Notes under the pieces: model-generated
Told to the model about the DNA's origin: nothing
The model's input: only the letters and a program-made list of their open reading frames with translations
The model's database searches: none
In this document: piece by piece, positions 44,001-54,900 of the stretch
How positions within the stretch are numbered: the first letter of the stretch is position 1
Layout of the letters: the number at the start of each line of letters is the position of its first letter
Position numbers and translations under genes: made by a program
NCBI GenBank assembly: GCA_044892505.1
Contig: CM097882.1
Location: forward strand, 495,566,001-495,630,000
Reading direction: 5' to 3'
Length of the DNA stretch: 64,000 bases
Source of the DNA: Schmidtea nova
Taxonomy: Eukaryota

Positions 44001-46514
44001 CTAGATCTCATCCTCTTTTACTTGAATAGTTTCTGGTGTCTTTACTACTTCTATCTTTTTGTCTTCAATTTCCGGTTCGTTTAGCATATCTCCTGCTAGA
44101 CTACTGACGTCACTATCCTCTTCGTCATCTGAAAAATTCTTTGCCTGGCCTCTCAACATGTTAATGTGTTTTATTTGGTTGATTTCACTTGGTGTATTTT
44201 CCGTTGGTCTTGTTTCACTTTTAATATCTTTTTGTGTTGATTCACTCTTGTCGTCTACTACTTCGACCTTTCTCATTTTTCGTTCTAACTCGTCTATTTC
44301 TCCCAACCGTCTTCGTATCATTTTCCCTTTAAATATTCGACTGATTCGTGTTTCGTGACGCACTGGCGATGGAGTTCCTTCTGGTTCTATTTCCTTGATT
44401 ACCATCACATTTCTTTTTGTCTCTACTACTCCCATGTTTTCCCATGTATCCGTTAGTTTCAATTTTACTTCTGGTGCACCTTCTATTTTTAGGAATGCTT
44501 CTCTGGGCAGTTTCGTTACTCCTGGAGCCATTTCATTCACTTTGTTGAATAATGTTCCTACTTCTTCCTTTATGTTATATTGGAATCGAAACATATGACC
44601 GTTTGGCAGGATTACCATCATTCCCTTTTTCCAAATCATTCTTTTCTCTTCCTGGTTTGCCTCTGTTTCCACTTCCTTTTCTATTTCTGTTTCTTCGCTT
44701 CCTGGTACTATTTCTTTTCGACTTTCGTTATTGGTTGGATTCAGGTTTGTTGGATTTATTTCTGGCACAGTCTCTTTCTCGTGGGTATTTGCTTGATTGG
44801 TTGCTCTCATCATATTAATTCTTAGAGGTTGTCGTTCTCTTTCTTGCTGTTTTTGTTCCTCTTCTCTTTGTACTCTTGCCCATTCCTGAGCATGTCGTGC
44901 TTGACTTTCCCGATTCAATTGTTCGTTTTCGCTTTCTATTTTTCTCATCATATTGATTTGTTGTTGACCTGTTTGCGGATTTCCTCTGGTTGTATTGTTT
45001 ATCAGCTCCGTCAATCTTTGAACCTCTTGCATTAAATGTATCTCTTTAGTGGTATTTTTATTTTGGTTATTATTATTACTATTTGGTTGGTTTCCGTATT
45101 CCGGTTGGTTTCCATTATTTGGCTGATTTCCATAATTCTGTCGGTTTCCACCAGTTGGTTGGTTTCCATAGTTTTGTCGGTTTCCGGTATTCTGCCAGTT
45201 TCCTCGTTGATTGCTTCTTTGTCCGCAATTTCTTGATAGGTGTCCAGGTCGTCCACAATTAAAACAGGTTATTGTGTAACATCTGCTCTCTGAATGCCCT
45301 TTTACTCCACATTTTCCACAATTCAAGTTCTGATAACATTCTTGTTGCCAATGTCCCAATTTCCCACATGTTTTGCATTGTTTCGTTGGTCCTTGGGGGT
45401 TGTAATTGCTTTGATTTCCGTAATTTGATACTTTATTCCCTTCATTCCTTCGTTGCGGTGGTGGTCGGTTTAATTGTTGTGAATTTGGAATGTGGTTATT
45501 CAGGTTCACTTCTTGTTCGTTTTGTGCTGTATCCATAGCTAAATAGATTCTACCATCATTTCCTATCATGTGTAGTTCAAATCTATTAGCTGTTTCTAGT
45601 GCTTGGTCGATGGTTTTACACCCTTGACATCCAACTTGCGCTCTTATGTCGGGTCTTCTTAATCCTCCCACAAAGATAGCTGCCATTAACTCCTCATTTA
45701 TTGGGCTGTCTTGATTAAAGATCAACTTTGCTAACTTTTTCAATTCGCTCGCATATACCGCATTCGATTCATTTATCTTTTGTTTCCTCATTGAGAATTC
45801 CGTGAATGCCTCATTCAATACTTTGTTTATTCCGAAGGTTTGTTGGAAGAAGTCCTTTATCGCTGACCAACTTGTAGGTGGATTAATTCCATTTTTTGCT
45901 TCCAAATATAGATCTAATGCGCTATCTTTTAAATATAGCTGAATTCTGCTTACAGTTGTTTCTGGTTTCCACTTGCATACTTCCACGAATATGCCAAATT
46001 CCTTTAAGAAAGTTTCCAGTTTACTCGCATCTCCATTAAACGGTTCTCCGGAAAATTTGTCTTTTATCTCTTCTCTTGGTTCACTCATTTCGATTCCGCT
46101 GTCTGTAGTTATTTTACTTTCGTTTCCTCTTGTTTCTAGTTCACTGTTAGGTTCGTCACTCGAATTTCGGTCGATCTCAGTTTCTTTTGCTGATTCGTTA
46201 TCTGATGCTTTACTATCGTTATCGGTATCGTCACTTTCTGTTTCTTGTTCTACTTCGTCTTCTATTTCTTCTATATAATCGTTGTTGGTTTTGTCGACTT
46301 CTATTTCACTTATTGGGTTTCTCTCGGGTTCTGCTTGATTTTCTTTGTTGCTTGAACTGTTGCTTGTTGCTGATAGTTTATCGTTTTCGATAATCGACTT
46401 TTGTATTATTATCTGCCTTGCTTTACTTCCTTTTAGGCCTTTCTGATTATTATTCTTGGTAGCTTTATTCTTTTCTGCTGGTTTTATTATGACACTCTTT
46501 TCTCCTTTTCTCAA
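44001..46514 (-). CDS. gag: Gag: acidic N-terminal region, Ty3-type capsid, three CCHC knuckles, Q/N-rich repeats, UBL/UBX-like tail
   Basis: PFNGDASKLETFLKEF..LYLKDSALDLY, RKQKINES capsid motifs; CX2CX4HX4C x3 (45220-45380). The track start is TTG. Confidence 0.92.
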   Translation of the reverse strand: MRKGEKSVIIKPAEKNKATKNNNQKGLKGSKARQIIIQKSIIENDKLSATSNSSSNKENQAEPERNPISEIEVDKTNNDYIEEIEDEVEQETESDDTDNDSKASDNESAKETEIDRNSSDEPNSELETRGNESKITTDSGIEMSEPREEIKDKFSGEPFNGDASKLETFLKEFGIFVEVCKWKPETTVSRIQLYLKDSALDLYLEAKNGINPPTSWSAIKDFFQQTFGINKVLNEAFTEFSMRKQKINESNAVYASELKKLAKLIFNQDSPINEELMAAIFVGGLRRPDIRAQVGCQGCKTIDQALETANRFELHMIGNDGRIYLAMDTAQNEQEVNLNNHIPNSQQLNRPPPQRRNEGNKVSNYGNQSNYNPQGPTKQCKTCGKLGHWQQECYQNLNCGKCGVKGHSESRCYTITCFNCGRPGHLSRNCGQRSNQRGNWQNTGNRQNYGNQPTGGNRQNYGNQPNNGNQPEYGNQPNSNNNNQNKNTTKEIHLMQEVQRLTELINNTTRGNPQTGQQQINMMRKIESENEQLNRESQARHAQEWARVQREEEQKQQERERQPLRINMMRATNQANTHEKETVPEINPTNLNPTNNESRKEIVPGSEETEIEKEVETEANQEEKRMIWKKGMMVILPNGHMFRFQYNIKEEVGTLFNKVNEMAPGVTKLPREAFLKIEGAPEVKLKLTDTWENMGVVETKRNVMVIKEIEPEGTPSPVRHETRISRIFKGKMIRRRLGEIDELERKMRKVEVVDDKSESTQKDIKSETRPTENTPSEINQIKHINMLRGQAKNFSDDEEDSDVSSLAGDMLNEPEIEDKKIEVVKTPETIQVKEDEI

Positions 46515-47068
46515 CGGGATTACTTTTGTATACTCAATTTTCCTGTCTTATCGTATTCCGATTCTTTTCTTCCTTGGTTGCTTGGTTTGGTTTGATTGAT
46601 TTATCTAAAATACAAATGTCACTTCAACGATACTCTATTGTTATCGTTGCGCTTTTATTCCCTTTTTACGGGACTTCTCATTACTGGGTTTCTATTATTT
46701 TTCCCCATTCCCAGATTCCCCTTTATTTAAGTCTATTTAAATTATCTATATACTAGTCACAATTATCTATTTAGTCATAACAATTATCTATCGGTTATTA
46801 AAATACATCAATTATTTTTCCCGCGGTCTCCCAATTTATTTGTCGTTCGAACGCTCTAATTCCCTGAGTCATTTGACTCGATTATTATTTTATCATCTCT
46901 TTATCTTTCTCTCTGCTAGCCTCTAATTATTAATTCTGCCGGTCTTTCCGGTCAGCTCTTATTTCTCAATTCTACTTGCATGCATTATTTTAGGTCGCAT
47001 AATCAGCTTTACTCGCATTTCTCAATTCCTGGTGCGCACTATTCTCATTATCGTCGACGATCACAACT

Positions 47069-47587
47069 CTGGGCCTATATTCCCTCTGTTGTTATTTCTT
47101 ATCACTTGCAACCCTGGGCCTATATTCCCTCCGTTGCTACTCAACAATTGTAACCCTGGGCCTATATTCCCTCCGTTACTATATATCCGGATATCCCTAT
47201 TGGCTCCTTTGGCCTCTAATTAATATCAATTATCTCAAATGGCTCTTATGGCCTCAAATTCATATCTCAACTATCTCAAATGGCTCTATTGGCCTTAAAT
47301 TATATCTCAATTATCTCAAATGGCTCTATTGGCCTTAAATCATATCTCAATTATCTCAAATGGCTCTATTGGCCTTAAATCGTATCTCTCAATAACGCCT
47401 AGCTAGGTCATTCAATATGGCTCTTTGGCCTCAACCCTTTGTTTCAAGGGACAACCCGCTGATAACCCTTTGTTTCAAGGGACAAATTCTAATAACCCTT
47501 TGTTTCAAGGGACAAACCGCTGATAACCCTTTGTTTCAAGGGACAAATTCTAATAACCCTTTGTTTCAAGGGACAAACCGCTGATAA
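47069..47587. repeat. Three tandem-repeat blocks in the 5' leader
   Basis: CTGGGCCTATATTCCCTC x3 (47069, 47114, 47156); 40-bp unit x~4 (47221-47388); 30/31-bp unit AACCCTTTGTTTCAAGGGACAA x5 (47433-47587). Confidence 0.93.
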
Positions 47588-48060
47588 CTTTTCCTTAACC
47601 GGTTAATCGTAATTCTTAACTTCGCTAGCGACTACAATTTCTCAGCTGAGTTCTCTCAATTTCATGCGAGCTGATTATGCACCTCTTATTTTTCTCTATA
47701 ATTCCTCGATTCTTTGTTTTATTACTAATTCTTTCGCTGATCAGTCATAATTCAATTTTTATTATTTTCTCTGCGCGCATCTTACCTCATCAGGGTTTTC
47801 CCTATTTCTCTCCCCAACCAAAATATACAAAAAGATCGCGTTGGTCTACTAATGCGGGATGTGGTGATCAATCACATCACAAAAGCTTTCCAACATTTGC
47901 GATTGGCCCCTTTCTATATACCCCGAGTGGGTTGATCAACTGGTACCTCCCAATGGGTGCTTAACGGACTACTTGACAGTAGCTCAAAAATTAATTAACA
48001 TTGTTGATTGCTCCCCTGACTTTGTCATTCGATACAATATATTAACACTCTAAATATTTA

Positions 48061-48522
48061 TTATAAATAAACTACAATTTTATCAGCTACAGAGAAATTG
48101 CACATGGGGCACTCATCACACTTATTCGCACAGTTTTTACAGAATCGAAAATGTCCGCATGGTAGAAACATTATTTGGATTTCACTGTCTTCGCATATGT
48201 AACATTGTTTATATTGTTTTGCTGCCTCGACCCCTTGCGACATCCATCGGTTATATGTTAGACTTAACTGCTGTTCTATATGTCGGCATCTGATATTCAA
48301 CTCGGCATCCTCTAATCGTGCTTTGTACCATTTATATCGCGTATTTATATCGAGTTTATTTACTTTCTCTATGATTTTTATTAACTCAGTTGTTTCCTCA
48401 GTTTGTGTCGTAGGTTCCTCATATTCGGATGCTCTTATTCGGGTTATTTTTTCGCAGACTGTCTCAAATGTATCGTTCTCGGTGTTGAAAAATTCCTCGA
48501 TTTCTTTCAGTTTTTCCTCCAT
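48061..48522 (-). CDS. 153-aa protein with a C-terminal IAP-type RING finger (no BIR)
   Basis: CYICEDSEIQIMFLPCGHFRFCKNCANKCDECPMC..KIVVYL matches the XIAP/cIAP terminal RING pattern. Confidence 0.88.
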   Translation of the reverse strand: MEEKLKEIEEFFNTENDTFETVCEKITRIRASEYEEPTTQTEETTELIKIIEKVNKLDINTRYKWYKARLEDAELNIRCRHIEQQLSLTYNRWMSQGVEAAKQYKQCYICEDSEIQIMFLPCGHFRFCKNCANKCDECPMCNFSVADKIVVYL

Positions 48523-48853
48523 TTCCTAGATAATTTATTTAATTACTGTGTTAATATTATTCGAAAAGTAGTACTGTGTTTCGTTTCTGACAGTTTACAG
48601 CCTCCCCCCGTGTTTCGGTAAATTGTCGTCCCGACCTGTTATTTATGAATGCATTTATTAATTTATCTATTTCATTGTGTTGTTGTTTTTATTTACCCAG
48701 TTTGTTTAATTCTCTGTTTATAACTGTCTATTTCTACGCAACTCGCTTTCGTCTCGATTACTCTTTCGGTTACTATTTCTACTCACAAAATTCTGATTTT
48801 TTAAATTTCTCTGTTGTCATTGGGTTCACCTTTTCCGCATAAAAACAAAGTTG

Positions 48854-48871
48854 ATCCCGGCTGAGCCCCCA
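48854..48871 (-). promoter_or_regulatory. Primer binding site, tRNA-Pro type
   Basis: TGGGGGCTCAGCCGGGAT, 6 nt after the 5' LTR; 16/18 identical to the classical tRNA-Pro PBS TGGGGGCTCGTCCGGGAT. Confidence 0.85.
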
Positions 48872-48877
48872 AATTTA

Positions 48878-51800
48878 TGCTGGGATTATGGGTGGGTTTT
48901 TAAGTAATTCAAATAAATTATTAATTATTAATTGAACGACTATCGATGAGTACGTATACTAGGGATTTCCACGCCCATAACCATACATAACATGACTACT
49001 ACACGCGTATGCCCTTGACTATTCCCTACTAGTCAAGTTGGTACTGCATACGGTGGTGGAAAAATGATGGGCAGGTGAGCTTTGTTACCAAAACTACTCC
49101 CCATTTATCTTCCCGCGGGTCCTTGCTGCCGATAGAAGGTCTTACGCATTTACATTCTAAGGATGTTCGTTTCTTACTGCATTTTATACTACATATCCTT
49201 ATGATCTATCATACGCTTTTCCCAATGACTTTCCTTAATTGATCTACAATGTAATTAATCAGTCTCGGCGTAGAAATGGTCGGTTTGAGAAAATTACGGA
49301 TGCGGTTTTCTATTTCGATGATTTCCGTGTTGTTAATTTAATTTTATTTAGTAACCTCGCCCGATGAGAGACAAAATTCACACACAAATACTTTTATTAG
49401 AATACTAAAACAGGTTGTTATTTTACATGGATGTTTTCCTAAGCGAATTCCAGACTAATCTCCTGGATTAACTCTGCTTCGGTTAAGGAGTTCAAGTGGT
49501 GGATTTGTTCGTCCAGGCGCTTTGCAAATTCTCGGCGACGACGACGCTGTCGCGATCCCATTCGATGTTTTCGAAGCTGTGGGTTTATGATCGGTGCTGA
49601 CGCTATTGTTCTCGGGGAATCACTGAGAAAAACAGGCAAATCTTCCGTTGTAAGAGAGGGGGCCATGATGATTCCCTCTTCCGTCCCGCAAGCGACATCT
49701 TGGTGGGTGCATTGTATCCAGCGCTGAGCCGTGATCGGCCGGATTAGCGCTCGCAATTCGGAGTCGATGTAACTTCTTGTTACTGCGTTCAGGCAATTTC
49801 GGAGTTCTCGCTGGACGGCATCCAGTTCCAATTTGGTTGTAGCCAATGCTTCCTGCACTCGCTCGAGTTTTTTCGACTGGTCCTTCATCTGTTCGGGCGA
49901 GAACCACTTCGCTTTCAATTCATCATTGGCGACCGTGAGTCGCTTGATCTGTCGCTGCTGGTCCCTCAGCTTTCTCTCTTGAATTTGTCCCATGATTTTC
50001 TTCGAATTTTCTGAAGTCGGCATGTTGTCTGAAGATTATAACGATAAATTCACTGGAGGGCCTATCAACAATGTTATTTTATTTAAACAACTATTATTAT
50101 TATTAAACGAGATGTATACTAATGTTTTTAATTATTGATTTCTTTGCAAAATTATTTAACTATCTAATTATTGAAGGCTCAAAAGATTTACTGAATTAAC
50201 TTGAGATTATTAAATGAATTTCCTAATGACTATAACAACTACAATACTAAAACTACATGACAACACTATAAACAAAATCAGACACTTCAGAATTTTTAAA
50301 AAACATTTATTAAACTCAAAAATAGGTGGCCATTTATTCAATTATCCATCTCCGGTCATTTTTCCCCGATACGAAAATATAGATTTAATTTGCAAATTTG
50401 TGTGGATTCCCATGCTATTGGACGAGGCTTGCTGGAAGCGGATTCTCTCAGCTTCTCGAAGGGGTCGTATGGCTGTATTGAACTTGAACCCCAATTCCTT
50501 GAAGGTAGAGGCTGGAATGAACCCCCAATAAATGACACATCTCGGGAATCCACCTTTGTCCAACATCATGATGAACCAGGCGGCGTGCCATGATTCGAAT
50601 TCCTCGTCTGGAATGATTGGCCAACTAGCGCATCCCCGGTACCAGACGTGGTGCCGTGGATGGTCCCATACTGTAAATGGACAGGCGGTTTCGAGCTCTC
50701 GGCGCCATGCCCACATTTTTTGATGGATTTGCTGTAAAATCTCGAAAGGAGCCGGCTTTAATGGGCTAACTCGGGCTCGTTCTTGTCGTTTTTTGATAGT
50801 GTATCTATGCTTAGTCATGATTCCAAAACGATGCTAAATTTTATAATAGTTACAATTTACATCAATAATTAATCATAGTAAATGTTATCTCTCATCGTGA
50901 TACCCTTATTATTTGCCTACCCCTTAGACCTTAACTGAAATCAAGGGAAAACTGTCGATCGTTACGGTATGCATTACTCTCGTATCTACTTGGATTTATC
51001 TGTTTACGATCAATTTTATAGTCGAAGAAATGGTGATTTGTCTGCTTGGATTTTCAAAATATTGATACCTCAAAACGGAAGCTCTCTCACGTCATGTATC
51101 CCTAGCTTATTCGAAAACGCTCTTGTGTACCAAATGCGGTCGACATAATTTTTCTAAGGTTTATTAGACGTTTATCAAACAGCTGTGCTGTGGTGAGGGT
51201 GAAAAATTGTGCCTCCTCCCGGTTAACAAATTCTTTCATATCTTTAGGCTTTATCAAAAAATTATCGTCCCCTCTGTAGCTAAAATGATCAGAAATTAAT
51301 TCCCCGGATTTGTTGGGTGTCCCATGTGCAAGTCTCAACCACTACTAACAAAATTAAGCTTTACTATTTATTTACTTTACCGTGTGTGGAGCCCTCGAGC
51401 ACCACGCCACGGACGGACACCTTGGGAACCTAAAGCTCCCAACGGCGCAAGATTAATATGATAGTTTAAATAGTTTAAATATAACATAAATCATAATGAG
51501 ATGAATAATATATTATAATATGATAATGACATATGAATACAACATCAAACAATGTACCAAAAATACCTCAATTGAATTCTGAAAATTTATTGATCAAAAT
51601 CGGTCTAAACGGTGATCGTCGTCGGGGCAATGTGCAATCTAATGTGAATTTTTAGTTAACGTCTAAAATTCAGTCTACTAAAGTCTCACTCTAGTCAAAT
51701 GTCTAGTCTACCAAAGTCTGATTTTATGAAAAATCTGATCAGTATTTATACTGATCAGTCGTGTCTAGACTGACCAATCAGGTTTGGCCAGTTTCAGGGT

Positions 51801-52144
51801 GGTTTTTCATTATTGTTCTTGATTCTAATTAATTTTTATTTTTTAGATTGTATTCTTCCTCGGAGGTCCGGTTTTCAAAAACAATTATTCAATAACAAGT
51901 ACTTTTATTTGGTTTTAATTATTATTATTTGTATTTTATTTGTTTTTAGATGTCTCCTGGGCCCGTTAATATCTATAAATTCATTTATTTTTATTTATAG
52001 CTTGTACTTAGTTATTCTATATTTTTACTATATTATTCCTTTCTTTTAATAAATAAATATTCCCCTTTTTACCCTATTTTTCTCTTTTTTGTTTTAATTA
52101 ATCTACTTTTATTTCACTGTTCCCTCTATTTGGCTGGCCCAACA
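48878..52144 (-). repeat. 5' LTR (3,267 bp)
   Basis: Direct repeat of 23875-27141; sense strand starts TGTTGGG and ends CCCAGCA; followed by the PBS. Confidence 0.97.
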
Positions 52145-53336
52145 CGTTCATAACACCAATTACGTCTACTAGAAATGTCAAGTCACATTAACAGTTAATA
52201 TCTTGTAATGAAGCAACATCACTATTTTTTTCAGTTAAAAACTCTGTAATTTTTTTCTTAGACTAAAAAACCTTTTCAATGTTTGTCTTCTCGAAAGCCA
52301 TCTTACCTCTTAAAAATATTTAACGTCTCCAAATGGAGATTCAGACTTTTCTAAGAGTTTTAAATTGGTGGTGATTGAGAGCATGCTTTTTGATAAAATT
52401 AACTGTTTTAATATCATCATGTCATTATTCATTTTCAATACCTGAGTTAAAAAATTTTCTTGATGAATAATACAGTGATAATGATGCAATATATTGGTAT
52501 TGTTAGAGTCTTTCAACTTGTTTTTTTAATGTATAAAGCCTTGCTTGTTGCCCATCATAGATGGAGCACCGTCTGTAGTTACTCCTACCAAATTGTCCCA
52601 ATTAATATTGTTCGAATCAAAAGCATGTTTTACAGCGGAAAATATATCACACCCCTTTGTACGGTCTTTTAAACTTTCCAATGGCAATAACTCTTCAACA
52701 ATCATAAAATTTTCAGTAATTCCACTAATAAATATTAACAGTTGTGCCGAATCGCAGATATCGGTACTTTCGTCCAAAGTAATGGAAAAAGCAGTAAACG
52801 ATTTTGAAATTTCTTGTAACTGATGTAAAATATTCTCATCAATATCTTCAATTCTACGAGTAATGGTCATTTTCGAGAAACTAATATCATTGAATAACGA
52901 CTTTTTATCTGGGCACACTATGTCAACAACTTTCAACATACAATTTTAAAAAAAATTCTCCTTCTAAAAATGGTTTACTATGTTTGGCAATTTCTTGCGC
53001 AATAACATAGCTAGCTAAAACGGAGGATTCATTCTGTTTGAAAAGATTTTTAAACACTAATTTTTGACCATTAAAAGATTTTTGTAGGGATACATATTTT
53101 ATTTGTCTTTCATTACCAGTAATACCATTATAATTACTGTGATGCGTATCGTAGTGTCGTTTTATATTGTATTCTTTAAAAACAGACACATTTTGTTGGC
53201 ATATAAGACACATAATTTGATTTTTTTGTTCAATTACAAAATATAAAATACCCATTTTTCGTGAAATTTTCGTTTCTCTTGTGTTATTTTGCGCTTTTTT
53301 GAATTTTTTATCTTCCATTTTTAATTTATAGTTCAT
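52145..53336 (-). pseudogene. N-terminal half of the interrupted hAT transposase
   Basis: CLICQQNVSVFKEYNIKRHYDTHH, ITLDESTD, VTTDGAPSM, HCIIHQ, VRWLSR, DLTFLVDVIGVMN; frameshifts and stops present. Confidence 0.9.
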
Positions 53337-53734
53337 AAAATAATTTCTACAATACTAAATATCTTTATGCATATTTAAATGAATTAAACAAAATTGAAAT
53401 TATTACCTGTAACTAAAAATAATAAAGGTTTTATTATTTCAACAGGTAGCACCGATATAGATAGCAGAGCGCATGTAAACACTACTGCATTGTCGTCTCA
53501 AATAGAAATTGAAGTGCGCGAAAGATGCATTTCGTTCATAATTTTAGCAACCAATAAGAAAAGACGAATATTCGTTATTGTTAAGTTCGTTAATAAAGGG
53601 GTTTATTTGTTTGGTATTTAATGTTTGTTATCAAGATATTTTATGTGAATGCTAAGATATTGTTTTGTGACTGGTATTTCGTTAGGGATGTATGTGTGTC
53701 GTGTGGGAGACCTGTACTGTGTGGAGGAATTTGT

Positions 53735-54900
53735 AGAGCCCGAGAGAGTTCCCAAAAACCAAATCTTGTGGGGACACTCGGGGTGCCTGTGCGTGCTGGT
53801 GGATGTTTTAATGAAGAATATAAAATGTACAATTAATGATAACAAAATGTCAATTATAAAAACTTTTATTTAAACTAGCTACGTTAATAAAGTTACTCAC
53901 AGATTGGATAAACTGCTGAGCGATAAATCTGGGCTATTCTTTCGCTTGATTTTGTATTCGATGTTATAATATGAAACTTTGTTCTTTAATATTCTACAAA
54001 TCTTTTCCTTTAAATATCCAATCTTATTCTTTTCCTTTTCAATTATCTTCGGTAATCTGCTGCTTAATTGTTAGACTTTTTAATTGCTTCTGATCTTTTG
54101 GGTGAACGCGATTTGATTGTCTCTTCTTTAGACTTGGAATTTATTCTGCTTTAATTTTGATATATCTTCTTTTAATAATTTATTTAAGTTCTATGGCAAT
54201 GGTTTGAGATATTCTACAAATTCCAATTGTTTTCCAATCAATATTTTTAATTTGTCAAATTCCTATAGTAATTTTTAATTACTATAGGAATTGATTTTGA
54301 TTTTGATTTTTAAATTTAATATTTTAATTATTTTTACAAAATAAATAAAAAGGGGGTTATCCGATGTCCACAAGGGCGCCCCTACTAATAAAAGCGTTAA
54401 CAATAATATTAATAATATTAATGACAACAAAAATAATAAAAATAACAACATTATCTAACATTTACCATGGGAATCATGGCACTAAAAAAAGTATGAACAT
54501 CATATACATAACTTCCCCTTTAAAACCGGAGGTTACAATCGCGATATGAAGGGATTTTTACACCTTTTTTACATTGGGGATTACAAATGAAAAACGGTCA
54601 AGTATTTACAGTCATAAAATATTTACAATACTGGTGGGTTGTTGACCGTCAATATGACCTTGACGTTGCTATGGCTCACATCAACAACTCAACATACAAA
54701 ACATTAGATTAACCATCTTGTTGCCCGTCACAATGTAACGTTGGTAATGCAACAAATGGGTGGGTATTCGCAATCAGTGAGCGTCGAAAATTCGAAACTA
54801 TGATTGACCGAATATCTCCTGGGCCCAAGGGCTACCGATAGAAGGTTTAATGCCCATTTTGTCCCTTCTACAACAATTTATCCATAAACATTCAATAATA
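53735..54900 (-). mobile_element. Putative relic LTR/PBS region of another related element
   Basis: Sense strand ...CCCCGAGTGTCCCCACA|AGATT TGG...CTCTCTCGGG; shares a motif with 12030-12070 and a 15/16-nt motif (54831-54846) with the giant element's LTR (24122-24137). Confidence 0.45.

Larger units (their letters stand above)
23875..52144 (-). mobile_element. Complete 28,270-bp giant Ty3/Gypsy LTR retroelement / endogenous retrovirus (Burro-like)
   Basis: Two 3,267-bp direct repeats (offset 25,003) with TG..CA ends; 4-bp TSD CGTT (23871-23874, 52145-52148); PBS; gag; PR-RT-RH-IN order diagnostic of Ty3/Gypsy. Confidence 0.97.

Noticed and set aside
31294-46756. Dozens of short plus-strand ORFs antisense to gag/pol
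   Set aside because: They are F/L/S-rich shadows of the purine-rich coding strand, with no recognisable motifs.
47433-47587. CRISPR-like palindromic repeat array
   Set aside because: The linkers are only 8-9 nt and alternate between two sequences rather than being unique spacers. There are no cas genes and the context is a eukaryotic retroelement.
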